Source: Curvularia clavata
Lineage: Eukaryota
DNA: 45,961 bases
NCBI GenBank assembly: GCA_023920165.1
Contig: CP089274.1
Span: forward strand, 5,890,001 to 5,935,961
Direction of reading: 5' to 3'
How positions within the stretch are numbered: the stretch's first letter is position 1; each line of letters opens with the position of its first letter. Of the stretch, positions 1 through 12,170 are shown piece after piece. The translations under genes and the position numbers were made by a program. The notes beneath the pieces are model-generated. The model worked only from the letters and a program-made list of their open reading frames with translations, had not been told where the DNA came from and made no database searches.

Positions 1-459
1 AGCCAACCACGCACTTATCTTCATCAACAGAAGTGCCGCTACTGCACAGCTATCATCATCGACTCAGCTGAGCGGAGCGAAAACGACTAAATCTATGATG
101 GCAGTCACTGGATATCGCTTCAAGTTGCCTTTATCCAGTGATTGACCTGACAAAGCGTTCAGCCAGCCATAAAACGGTCTAAAAACGCGATTGAAAGGTG
201 TAAATAGCTAGAGGGGTTTAGGGTAATGGGAGATTATCAGCTAGACGCTTGAGTTGTCTCACGATGCACCATCTCTGAACGTATTGGATTGGCTAGGCTA
301 TTCCTTCTTGTTAGCAAACATGTGCTGTGAGCAAACTACCCTACATACTCTCTAGTTTCATGGAAGTTATCCCCTCCGCTACATGTTCCTTGACTACAAG
401 ATATTGCATTATTGCATTCTCTGGACCTCATATCCTCCACTGGCAGATCCACAACCCCA

Positions 460-1641
460 ATGGCGGACGAAAACACCACACGCGATACGACAGTGCCTGC
501 AGACTCCACCGGCCAGGCACCACCAGTAATGTAGGCTGACGACATCAAAATATGCCATGAATAGGCTGACATTTGTAACACAGTAGCAGACCTGATGAGC
601 AGAAGCCAGTTTCAACTTCTGCTAGACAAAGGCAAGTGCATGGTCCTCTTACGAGGGCGGAATTTCGTATTCCGTATTATATACTAACAAGTCACGGAGA
701 GCAGTCCCATTAAAGAGCTCGACGCAATGGACGACCTCGCTCTTCAACTCAAAGATGCTGTCTCAGATTGTAGTGAGGTTGCGAACGCAGGCCGACCCCC
801 AGTGGCCTTTTTCTTTGGCTTCAAGCCGTCGGTCAAGCAGGACGACACCGCCAGCCAGAAATTTGTTGATCTAGTCGGCGTTTCATCTCTCGTACGCATG
901 TTCTCCGCCATGAACATTATCACGGCTCGCAAGGCGCGAGATCAAAGTGGACAATCAAACTCGATCCGTGACCCGGCTCACTTTGTCACTGCAATTAACG
1001 AGGAGGCAGATGCAGTTGTCAAGGCCATCACGTATGGCCCCCTTGCGAGTATGTACCAGCAGGCCAATAGTGGCTCTACACAGACAGAGGAGCAGTTGCT
1101 CAAGCGTCTGGAGCTGCACGAATTTGTCCTCCCCCGCGTTTTTGGCGGGCTGCGCGCCATCGGGCAGGAGCATATGAAGGACCTTGATAATATTTTGACA
1201 AGATTTACTTCTGCTCTTCGTCCGTACAAGGCGGACAAGACAGATTCGACCGATGGAAGCGAACAGCAGCTCAAATTTGCGGTTTTGATCCACTACGTCA
1301 AGACGACTGACATAACAGGCGACGGCACAGTAGTAGTCAGCGAGCCGATGACGCGTCTGGTCAGTATTAGCGTACGCGCCGAAGACTGGGCACACGCACT
1401 TGACAAGCCTTCCAAGATGGACCTTCTTCGAAGGAACGAAAAGGTCCGGTTCAAAATGACAACTACCGCATTGGAGCTGCGGCTTAATCAAGACAATTAT
1501 CGCGCGGCGAAGCCCAAGTTTGAGCAAGCTTTGAAGCTGATGGTGGACAAAGACGCCGAGCTACTGAAGATTGTCGAGGATGGCGGTCTTCATGGGTATG
1601 GACGAGAGACCTGCAACATCTTTGACGCTCACGAGGACTGA
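460..1641 (+). CDS. Uncharacterised cytoplasmic protein, paralog A of a tandem pair (exons 460-530, 587-631, 705-1641)
   Basis: ORF 727-1641 extends upstream via intron 531-586 (GTAGGC..GCTGAC..TAG) and a GC-AG intron 632-704 (AG|GCAAGT..CTAAC..CAG), both frame-preserving. The spliced RQSPIKEL matches KHSAVKEL in paralog B. No signal peptide. Confidence 0.8.
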
Positions 1642-2666
1642 CGAACAAATTAATGTTTGGACGTATATGGATTCTATTCGAAATAAGCCATTGCCTGAAA
1701 GTAGTCTCCCAATCAATGGATTCATATCTATTGTCAGCATCTTGTCATATGATTTGTCTGCGAAATACACGTGACACTCGCCAAGTCTCCCATACTAAGC
1801 TGTTCTCTCTCTATCTGTTCATGAATGTGGGCTCCACTATCGTAAACCATATACTCTCTGTTTATTCGAGATGTATTCTTTGGGAGAACTCCCTTCAATG
1901 AGAAGGCAAGCTGAAACTAACAAGTGGCTAGCTGATCTACCTCCTAATCGGTATCGCATTAGTGTAAACGATAGTCTATTGCATCTGCGCGTGGAAGACC
2001 CAAGGACCTGGTCTAGACAACTGTAGGCAGTAGCCTAGGCTCACTTGGACATTCTCTGGTAATTTTTAAAGTCATTCCAAAGCAGAAAGTATGTTGTCAA
2101 GGTTTGAAAGCTACGGAGGGCCCGCAGACCACTAGTAATGCAGGGTTCACTGGCACTTGAGCACACCTGAGACCTGCTGCATGCCGTGCCCAACAGAATA
2201 TAAGTATCCAATTACTGGCTAAACAATAAAACGCCATACTCAAGGCGTGTGATTTGGCTTACATGCATTGCCTGTACGGTCAAAGACATACAAGTGGGGC
2301 AGCTTTGCCATGCAGAATGTGGAGGCAAAGCCTTTTCAGCCACACAGCCAACTTAGCCACGAAACCATGGCTCAACCGCAGCGAATGATACCCATTTAGC
2401 TTGATGGTACTGATATCTGTCAGCTTGGCGGATGTGAGGCAAGCTGACAACCTTTGCCAGCTGAGACATTTGTTGACTTTCCAAACGTACTTTCACGCTG
2501 CCTTCAGCACTCTTCTAAGAAATGCGTAGCACAAGCTTCGTAAAGATAAAAGCATGTCCCTTCGTCTCATCGTTCCATCAATATTTAACAACCATTCTTC
2601 ATCATTCTTCTTATTTCAAGATTAACCACATAATCTTTTCCACAATCAGCCCGTAGTCATACCATC

Positions 2667-3662
2667 ATGGAATCCATCAAGACTACAGGTGCGCAGGAGC
2701 TTCACGAGAAGTACCAGCCAATCGTTGAGCTCCTGACAGTTGCTTCGGATATTACCCAGAAACACAGTGCCGTCAAGGAGCTGATTGGGGATGGCCCGGT
2801 GACTGCTGCTGCCGACCCCACGTTAGCGGACGTGGTAGCCATGCTTAATGATGCTGCGAACGGCCCGTCAACCGAAGTCGCCAATGGCAAAGTGCCAATG
2901 CCCCAAAATGTCAGCATTATGCCGCCTTATGACGAGCCCAGTGCTGGCCAGAACTACTTGCACCTTGTCGAAATGTCCTCAATCGTGTCGTTATACACGG
3001 CCATCTGGAACGCCAATGCCCGCACAAAGCGTGGCCACCCAGAACCTTACAACATCACAATCGCAGATGAGGCAGCGCAAGCCTTTGCTGACATGGCGAA
3101 TTCAGCGTACAATGTCATGGTTGGCCCGCTGGCGGGGTTCTTCAATTTCGCCTCTGGTACTCAGACAACCTTCTCGAAGAAGATGACCAAGACGGACGTT
3201 CATCTGGAGTTCCTAGGCGAGCTCTTCAAAGGCTTTAGCCTTACCAAGCCAGCACTTCTCCAGCTTGATGGCATCCTAACGAACTTCATCAAGTCGCTTG
3301 GCACGATCAGCGTTGAGACGGGTCGCACCAGCAACACCGTTGACCAGACTATCCGCATTAACCAGGTGGTGCGTCTTAATATCTCTGGAGATGAGAGCAA
3401 CCCGATTTGGGTATTCCAGCCACGCACAAGAATCGTATACATGCACATCGATGCCAGTACCTGGCGCTGGGCTACCAAGAAGGCCGACCACTCAGAGAAT
3501 ACCTTCAACATGCGCTACGTCATTGTTGACTGCGATCTCAATGTCAACAAGTATCTAGCCAGCAAGCCCAAGCTCGAGACTGTGTTCAACAAGATCGCTG
3601 GCAAGTCCCTAGAGGAGTATGGAAAGATGATCAATCCCAGTCCAATCAATCCCAATGCCTAG
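2667..3662 (+). CDS. Uncharacterised 331-aa protein, paralog B of a tandem pair
   Basis: Intronless ORF with good start context (CCATCATG). Collinear similarity to paralog A: GPLA, LDxILTxFxxxL, I[ST]GD..PxTR[LI]V, LNxxxYxAxKPK, LxxYG. Confidence 0.85.
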   Translation: MESIKTTGAQELHEKYQPIVELLTVASDITQKHSAVKELIGDGPVTAAADPTLADVVAMLNDAANGPSTEVANGKVPMPQNVSIMPPYDEPSAGQNYLHLVEMSSIVSLYTAIWNANARTKRGHPEPYNITIADEAAQAFADMANSAYNVMVGPLAGFFNFASGTQTTFSKKMTKTDVHLEFLGELFKGFSLTKPALLQLDGILTNFIKSLGTISVETGRTSNTVDQTIRINQVVRLNISGDESNPIWVFQPRTRIVYMHIDASTWRWATKKADHSENTFNMRYVIVDCDLNVNKYLASKPKLETVFNKIAGKSLEEYGKMINPSPINPNA

Positions 3663-4016
3663 TAGGGTATTCACGTTTAGAGATGATAGCAGAAATATAG
3701 CTTGTTGAAGACCTATCCTACTTATTGCGTACCGCGTAAGAATATAGGTTAGCATCGATCAATACAAACAGTCTTGGTATCTGCCAACAATGATGTCCAG
3801 GAACCAATCCAGTGATACTGATAGCTAAAAACGGGCCCAATGTAGTCGTACATCGCGGAGTAGCACATCTTCCCATGTCTGAACTAAGTATTCTATAATG
3901 GATCCTTATTGTCTTGGTTTCTTTCTACTGCAGGCAACTATTTAGCCAAAGGATAGACTATTCGGAGACTTTCGAAACTCAATTGGCTGCATACGATCTG
4001 AGCTGTGTGAAATAGC

Positions 4017-4829
4017 CTATCCAGTAACTATACTCAGAAGTCAACACCCGCATCGCTATTTGTAAAGACAACTATACTTACACACGGCTGGGCCCGGGAT
4101 CTTATAAACTGGATTTGACTCATCGTTGTAGATATTGTAATGAATACCTGGGTCTTCTTTGCTGTATAGTTGCGTTCCAACAACGCCCTGGGGATTCACG
4201 TCCCCACCACCACTAACAGTAACACTGATACATGTCGGGTAGAGCTGTGCAGCGCCGACGTCGTATGCTGAGTGAAGCGCGATAATTTCGTTGCGGAGAA
4301 CATAATTGCCATCTTGGATGGATTTGGGAATGGTCACATTCCATTCACCATTCCCCTCGCGCAAGACGTCGTCGGCCCATCTGCCAGCTGTACCACCGCC
4401 ACTTCCAAGTTTTAATTGACCCATTTCAGCGATCTTGAAGAATTCCAGCTTGGCCTTATCAACGGTTGAGCAGTCACCGTTGCACGCTGCCATATATGAG
4501 ATAATAGGGCCGTGATGTGATTCCGGCCATTTGGTCCAGTGCAAGCTGACCGTGGAACCTGCAGTGACTAGAGCAGGGGCCGTTTTTGGATTGGTTGCGT
4601 TAATCGAGCAAATGATATCGAGGCTGTTGACGTTGCTACTGTAGACGGGACCTGTATCAGTGTTCCAAGAAGGCCAGCTAATGGTGCCCTGGTCTGGGGC
4701 CCAGGGCGCAACCGTAGGATTGTAACCGATGTAGTCCTGGCCGTTAATTCTGAGGGTGTCGATCCAGCCGTGAGCGGATACGGTAGCGGTACTGCTTATG
4801 ATAGCAAGGAAAACGCTGGAAGACCACAT
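4017..4829 (-). CDS. AA9 (GH61) lytic polysaccharide monooxygenase, secreted (exons 4829-4082, 4027-4017)
   Basis: Signal peptide MWSSSVFLAIISSTATVSA followed by His1 (HGWI). Motifs WPESHHGP, FFKI, GNYVLRNEIIALHSA, AQLYPTC. A 54-nt terminal intron gives the typical IPGPAVFTG* end. Confidence 0.95.
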
Positions 4830-6450
4830 GGTAGATTGACCTGAGGTTGGTGGAAGGAAGGTGTTGGATGGATCATAATCGGAATCGCATGACCTTTTTA
4901 TGACCTGAATCCAGTAGCGTCGTTTGCGAATGGATAGTAGAGCAATATATTTGTCTAAATAAGCTCTAGGTCCAGCAATATCAACAGCCATATCTAAAGT
5001 GCCAGGACGCTGGACTAAGACATTCAACCTGTGTTGGATCATTGTTCAGATAACGTAGAACTTAACTTGCGGAATAATATCCCTCGGTCTGACCCCATTG
5101 GCTCGGTTGCTTGATTGCAATTTATTTCTTAGTCGCATTATATAACCATGCATGTTCGCGAGTCTTGGCATTTCTGTGCTCTTGTCAACTTCGCAATGCT
5201 TCGTCTTGCCCGTAGAATGTCCGGCACGTCATCCAGGCAGGTCAATGAAGGAACAAAAAGTGTCTGATGTGTCTTTTCGTCCCTACTTGCTTATGGCCTG
5301 CTCTGGATGTCACGAACACCTACTAGTAGTGTATATCAAGAGCTGAGCGTCTGTCTCCAACGCTTGTGATCGTGCTCACCGGCCCGCATTACCGGCAGCC
5401 ATTGTGGGAATCCTTGCGTGTGCAGTCCACAGCGTAAGAGCTTGGCTCACTACTAACTACCTCAAATGTGCAGAAAAACGTCACGGCTCCAGGATGCGAC
5501 TTCTTCTCTGTGCGGGGAGATAGTAAGGCTTGCTCAATGATGAGCAGTCAAGTGACTGTGGATTGGTATCATGGATCACAGCACGATGGCCCAAGTTGGA
5601 TCTTCCAAACTGATTATCGGTCTGTAAGCCACTAAAAATATACAGATATCTTTAGAATTATGTCGCATGGTAACATTATTTACGTGAGTGGTCGATAGGT
5701 AATGTAGAGTATTTAGCTCACGATGCTATATCTACTGAGTGTTTTGATAGTCGCTTTCTTGTCCTTCAACAAGCGGGGTAAGCCTCTTAGCAGAGGTGCA
5801 CCTTCAAATATACTTACGTACAATTTAGGGCCTATCATACACATCAGGAAATTAAGTGACGACCGGCTAAATCATGTGTAGAGTCTCATAGTTTGGAGTG
5901 AGGCCGGCTGCAAGCCGTGACAGGCAAAATTTTGTCGGAGAGTGGACTGTTGCACCAATGCCCATGCCACCCTTGGAGCATATCTTAGTTAATGCAATAT
6001 GAAAGAGAACAGAATGAACATCACTGCTACAGTACCACTAGTTGCTACATGGGCTCTTGATTGAGTGGCTGTAGAACAACCTTTGCAGGGTTGGCACATA
6101 AATGGGCCACGGGGGGCCACTAGATCTTTGATACTCATCTGTACATCTGCTTGCAATACAAACACTAGCCTAGCCTTGCTCGTGCTATAGCGTGCATGAT
6201 CTCTGATAAGTACTTCATTTTGTGTATATGGCCAATCGGAAATGCCTAGCGTCGCGGCTGCAAAGGACCAATGCATTAGTCTATGATACTACCTCGTTCT
6301 TGTCACACCTCCTCGCTACTGAGACTGCACAGCTATCATTAACTTGCTGCCTAAAAGTCCTCCCAGATTGGCGTTCCTCTGCTACAGTTGACAGTACTGG
6401 CCTTGCGACGACTTCCTTGCAAGCAGCTGTTGAACTTTCTAGCCTTCCGA

Positions 6451-6700
6451 ATGCCAGACAAGGCCGAAATTAAACGCTGAAGAGCACAATCACAGATGGG
6501 GGAGGCTGCAAATCGTCGAGAGGAACAAGCCAAAGCCGAAGCCGAAACCGAATCCAGGCGTCGACGAGCGCAATCTCAGAGAGACAAAGCCAAGAGCCAG
6601 CTTCAGAAAGATGAAAAAATAAATATGATAGCGCGGGAAATCCAGCAACAGCGAGCTATCGATCGCCAAACGAGCTTGCCAGGAACTGTACCAGAAAGTC
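6451..6700 (+). pseudogene. Possible relic of a small charged/coiled-coil protein
   Basis: Reads MPDKAEIKR*RAQSQMGEAANRREEQ...RRRRAQSQRDK with an internal RxRAQSQ repeat, one copy interrupted by TGA. No recognisable family. Confidence 0.25.
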
Positions 6701-6934
6701 ACCTATTTACCATATCGTTTATCGCCATAATGAAAAACGTTGAATCAAGGTCATACAGAACACTGCTAGGTATTTACATTTTAGTCTTTCACAACTTCAC
6801 TCAACCTCTATGCGCAATTATCGCCGCCATATCCGAAATCCTAGCTCAGAGATCAAAACACAGAGCCAAAGGTCAAAGCATCAACTCAGGACATCGCGGA
6901 GCCCGTATTGATTGGTTCAAAAAAGAATCTATAG

Positions 6935-8995
6935 CTAGTGTACAAGAGCGAAAAGTACCAGAAGACTGAAGAATACACTACTGGGTACCAACGTGGTGGT
7001 ACTGCCACTGTTGGAATTCGTATTGGCAGAGGTAAGATAGAGCGTAGGGTTGTACTCCGGCGCCTTTTCAACTACTGTGCCGTTCCAGCAGTATTGCTCA
7101 AAGCAACGTTGACATACATCTGGAACCTGATATTTGTTGCGTTCTAGACTTCTAGAGAGGATGGCGCATCCAATACAAGTAGGCCAAGTTGAAGCACCCT
7201 CGCGTGTAGCATTTGCCTGGGTAGCCATATTGTATCCGTTCTGAATCATCCTGTTACGTTCTTCAATACTAAATGAAAGTTTTCCGAAAGTTGAAGTATT
7301 AGACCAGAAGCTATAAGGTGAGTTTGGAAGATATACGATGATGGGCGGGACATTATTGCCGTTGGTGACGTTTGTGCTATTACATCCAAAAAACGCCGGG
7401 CGGTTATTCATCCCAAGAGCTGCAAAAGTATCTTGACCGGGGATGTATGGAAACGACGTCTGGTTCATGATACTGGAACTGGCGCGCAGATAGGTGGCTA
7501 CAAGTGCCTTGCCGCTTGGCCATTTCTGGGTCTCTGAATTGGATGTGGAATCGACAGCAAAGACGACATCAACATTGCGTACAGGTTGAATAAGTGGATG
7601 GAGAGGAATGTTTTGGCCATCTTCACCACCATCAACAAGTGTAAGTGTATAGTTGCCCGCGCTCGGATTCGTTTTGTTGTGATAATTGAAGAAAGGGTTC
7701 GGTGAATAATCGGCGATGTCGTTTCTCTCTTCCCCAATCCTTTCTAGAATCTTTGCGACAAGCATTTTGAGAAGATCGGGTATGCTCTTATTCTTTTCCA
7801 GCCGTAAGAAGAATTGATTAAATAGAGAGGCGCTAGTGCCGAGCACAAACCCAAGATTGTCGAAACCGGTTACGCAGTTTTGGTCATGCGGCAACTTTCC
7901 GCCATTGAACTTAGACCCGATATATTTCAAAGGAGCGAAGCCATATGTGGTTGGATCAAAAGACCCCATTTCGAAGGGATTGATCTCAAAAACAGTGGAG
8001 TTTAGAGAAATGATCAGTTCCCCTGGTGAGCGTTCGTCGGCTACAATGATAGGCATTGGTGCTTTGCCAGAGGAAAAGTCACTGTCATTTTGGATAGATG
8101 AAAATGTGTATGCTACATGTTTTAGTGACTTGACTCGTGCGACTAGGTAACCAACGTACCTGGGCCTCCTTTTGGAACATTGAGAAGCTGGAAAGAGAGG
8201 GCACGACCATAAAGGTCAGTGATGGAGGTGCTGAAGATACCATCTAATGCCTTGGACTTCTGCTTCACTACGCTGACAATATTTGCGAAGTATTGAGCGG
8301 TCGAGTAGACTTGGATACCGCGTGTCGGAGGTCCTTCCAGCAAGGAATTCTGGAGCTGCCAGATGGATGTATTTTCACCTTCCCTTGTAATTGCCTCGAC
8401 AGAAGTGAAGTTGTTAGCAAATATGCTTCCAATCAACCAGCCTCCACCGGAAAGCGCTGATATGTATGTTGAGGATTGTAACAGTCCACCAATATGTCCA
8501 CTATTTGTAGAGTTTAAAGTGCGACTGTCGAATGCAGCTAGAACACCAGCGCCATTCAGCATTGCCCGATAGCCCCCACCTGAGAATGCGATGGCAATAT
8601 TCGGTAACGCACTGTAGTTATCCTTATGGGCATCGAAATATTGTTTGGCGTCGAAATCTTTGATACCAACACGTTGGAGCAACTCAACCATAGGGTCTAT
8701 AGTATTGGGTCTTCGTTTTTCCAGCCATTTCTCCTCTTCAGCAGATAGTCTCTCAGCGGATCGGATACTTGGACGAGTTGAAGGGCAGTCGACTTCGGTG
8801 GGGGCGTAGTCATCGAGTGCCTGTGGGGAGGCTCGATGCCATAAGACAGCATCATCAGGAAAAGAGGCGACATCAGCTTCTCGGGCAACTATAGCGCCTG
8901 TTACATAGTTAGATCTGCTGGGAAATTGAACACATGCAAGACGTACAGCTTGCCACTTTGATGAGTACTGATAAGATTAGAAAATTAACAAGCAT
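6935..8995 (-). CDS. Lysophospholipase / phospholipase B, secreted and probably GPI-anchored (exons 8995-8947, 8897-8160, 8112-6935)
   Basis: Signal peptide MLVNFLILSVLIKVASC. PLA2c motifs SGGGYRAML, ALSGGGW, LVDGGEDGQNIPLHPL, RPAFFGC, WPTCIGCA. Ser/Thr-rich plus hydrophobic C-terminus. Canonical introns 8946-8898 and 8159-8113. Confidence 0.95.
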
Positions 8996-10328
8996 GATAC
9001 CGTTGAAGAGAGATGGGCACTCAACAAGATCTGTAAAAGTGGTCTCCTGTGGCAGACGTCAATAGCGAGGTTTTAGTATCGTGAAATACTATAGCTAGCA
9101 TGACTCATGTAAAATGAAGCGGTCAAAACGAATGGGCCTCGCACGAAGCGGTTCAAGTTACCTAACTAAGAAAGCTAACTACACGGGAAACTTAGCGAAA
9201 AGCTTAAAGATGAAGTCAGTATGGTCGAGCTGTACCTTAACGTGTATAGAACTCCATCGGCTTTTCCACTGCTAGATCTGAACACTCAAGCGATGATTTG
9301 CACTTTCGTGAGTAAAAGTAGTAATAGATACGATCATTGCAACACGCTTGCAGCGAACAAGAATTTCTCAAGTTTTGATATGCGACTATCAAAAGCGATC
9401 AGAGCACTTCTGCTATTGAGCGTGATCTAATCAAGGACGCAATTATGATTTTGGGCAATACGATTGCCTCGTCTCAATAGCCATGGTTATTATATTAGCA
9501 TGTTGTGTGATAAGAATTAGTGCAGATTGTGGAACCTAGGAGTACTGACAAATTCCAAGCCAGATTAAATTCAACAATTGGGTGACGACAATGACGAATG
9601 AGAGCACAGCCAGCGTATGTCGATAGATTATACGTTAGGCCGATTTATCCGATATGTGGCTGTGCTTTCCGCACCAGGCTACGAAAGTCCTAGCTTATGA
9701 GGCTTAGCATGTGGCTAAGACGGATTTATAGCGGGCCGCATAGGGGGGAGCGCCAAGTTGATACTAGTAGGTCTTATGGAGAACATCGAAGGTCAGGATA
9801 GTGTGTTTATTTGGGAAAAAGTTTTACGTGTGTGCGCTCTGCGTAGTGGGGCGTGAACACGGCCAAGCCGAAATCCTTCAACCCGACCCTCCTTTCTCCA
9901 CCCAGGATTGTAACCATCCATTGTCCAAGGCCCATCCCAGATGAGACAGCTCATTGAAATCCAACCAAGAACAGGGGCAGATCCGATGAAGATCCGTACC
10001 AGGGTATAAGTATCCAGTACCCCCATAACCGTCCGGTAGATTTTTGATATTCTTTCGTACTAGGCCTATAAGTGTCTACCAAATCTAAGGTGTTTCTACT
10101 GTCCTACTCACTCCCATATGCATCTGAGTGACACTTCCCACCGGAACCGATTTGACTAGTCTTGCTCGTGCCATTACTAGGACTTGATCACAAATTCAAT
10201 CATAGCAACTAACATTTTTGCAAGCAATAATGTACGTACCAACTCCTACATACCCGGGCTTTTATATATGTAATGACGCATCTTAATCAAATAAATGGTT
10301 AGTATATTTCTCATCGTTCTCCACTAGC

Positions 10329-12170
10329 ATGATTGAAAGAGATAGATCAAGCCTACTACAAAATGGACACACGAATTTTAATGAGCTCCTTCTCAACCAT
10401 TTGAGCCAAATTTTCCGGCAAAACGCAGGACCCGATAACCAATGGAACGAAGATCACGTACGCGTGTTTTTGGAAAATGTTCAACTGGAGTCTTTCAGCA
10501 ACCGCTTGGGTGCTGTACCTTCCAACACCGGATTGGATTTTAGCGAATTCTTGAAGTATATGAGCTCACCAGATGCCGATGCACAAGCTCCCACGTTGAA
10601 AGAAGACCTTTCTCTGTCTTTAAGCAACTACTTCATCAGCTCCAGTCATAACACCTATCTAACTGGGAATCAATTCACCAGTGATTCAAGTACCAAAGCT
10701 TATGTGGACGTTCTACTTCGTGGATGTCGTTGCATCGAAATCGACGTATGGGATGGCAAGGAATTTTTCATACACGAGAATGAGGAAGGCAGCAGCGAAC
10801 AAATGCGGCCGCTAAAAAGAAGAGAGAAACTGGGTATTCAGCTTGCAAAATGGGTATTGGAAACGTTCGAAAAACCCGAAAACGTTGACATGTATGGCAC
10901 TGTTAATGATAGAATGGGCGAAATCATCCATGCCGAGCCAAGGGTTCTCCATGGTTTTACTCTGACCAAGGAAATTTTGTTTCGCGACGTTTGCAACACA
11001 GTCAAGCGATACGCTTTTCTAGCGTCAGACCTTCCACTTATTGTCAGTCTCGAGGTACACTGCACACCTTTACAGCAAGCTATTATGGTCAACATCATGG
11101 AAGAGGCGTGGAAGGAATTTCTGTTACCTACACCAGACACCGAGCCTGATTCGTTACCGTCGCCCGTAGATCTCAAGCGCAAAATTCTCATCAAAGTCAA
11201 GCACGTGCCATCTGAAAAGACAACCAGTCCAATAACTTCAGACAAAGAGAGCACACACTCGCTAGATGTACAGACTTCTGCTCAAGGAAACCGTCCAAAG
11301 AATGCCAACACGGCCAACATCATCCCAAGGTTGAGTCAGCTTGGGATCTATACTCGTGGTGTATCTTTCAAGTCAATCAAACAGCCAGAGGCCTCAATGC
11401 CTAACCATATCTTTTCTCTTTCTGAGCCTTCAGCTATCAAGCTCCACGGAACGCAGCCTCTAGAGTTGTTCTATCACAACAGAAATTTTCTCATGCGCAC
11501 ATACCCAGCCGGGACCCGCGTTGACTCCCTCAACTTCGATCCAAACCCGTTTTGGCGGATGGGTATCCAGATAGTTGCACTCAACTGGCAGACCTGGGAT
11601 GTGGGCATGATGTTGAATGAGGGTATGTTTTCCGGTACTGATGGCTATGTCCTCAAGCCAAAGGGTTATCGAAGTTCCGACGAGGCGACATCGCTTCATG
11701 AGGAGCCAGATATCCCACAGGTAACCCTCGATCAACTTGCAATCAAGATATTGGCGGTTCAAGATATCCCAATTGACAAAACAAGCGACAATCCCAATGG
11801 TCCTCGGCCCTACGTCAAAGTGGAGTTGCACACGGACGCATACATATCCTCGCCAATTCAATATGACAACGAGTCTGGCCACGCCAAAGGCACGAAGTAC
11901 AGAGCGCAGACCACACATAGGAGAGGAACTAGTTCTGATTTCGGGGGTGAGCTTTTGGAGTTCACAAATGTGGAATGCGTAATTCCTGAACTAGCATTTG
12001 TTTCTTTCATTGTGATGGACGATGTGGTTGGTCCGGATATCCTAGCGGCCTGGGCTTGCATCAGGCTTGATAGACTGAAGAGCGGCTACCGCGTAGTTAG
12101 ATTGATGGAAAAGAAAGGAAACAAAAGTAGAGGGTTTTTATTAGTTCATATCACTAAAAGATTCAGCTGA
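10329..12170 (+). CDS. Phosphoinositide-specific phospholipase C (X box, Y box, C2 domain)
   Basis: YFISSSHNTYLTG, GCRCIEIDVWDG, VLHG, PLIVSLEVHC, RTYPAGTRVDS, QIVALNWQTWD, GYVLKP, and C2-type end LKSGYR. Confidence 0.95.
   Translation: MIERDRSSLLQNGHTNFNELLLNHLSQIFRQNAGPDNQWNEDHVRVFLENVQLESFSNRLGAVPSNTGLDFSEFLKYMSSPDADAQAPTLKEDLSLSLSNYFISSSHNTYLTGNQFTSDSSTKAYVDVLLRGCRCIEIDVWDGKEFFIHENEEGSSEQMRPLKRREKLGIQLAKWVLETFEKPENVDMYGTVNDRMGEIIHAEPRVLHGFTLTKEILFRDVCNTVKRYAFLASDLPLIVSLEVHCTPLQQAIMVNIMEEAWKEFLLPTPDTEPDSLPSPVDLKRKILIKVKHVPSEKTTSPITSDKESTHSLDVQTSAQGNRPKNANTANIIPRLSQLGIYTRGVSFKSIKQPEASMPNHIFSLSEPSAIKLHGTQPLELFYHNRNFLMRTYPAGTRVDSLNFDPNPFWRMGIQIVALNWQTWDVGMMLNEGMFSGTDGYVLKPKGYRSSDEATSLHEEPDIPQVTLDQLAIKILAVQDIPIDKTSDNPNGPRPYVKVELHTDAYISSPIQYDNESGHAKGTKYRAQTTHRRGTSSDFGGELLEFTNVECVIPELAFVSFIVMDDVVGPDILAAWACIRLDRLKSGYRVVRLMEKKGNKSRGFLLVHITKRFS

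Noticed and set aside
955..1527. 190-aa antisense ORF over paralog A (and similar antisense ORFs over PLC, paralog B and pol)
   Set aside because: Shadow frames of real genes with no motifs, unlike the Zn-cluster antisense ORF.
4830..5042. 70-aa N-terminal extension of the AA9 ORF
   Set aside because: AA9 needs a signal peptide directly before His1, so the true start is the ATG at 4829.
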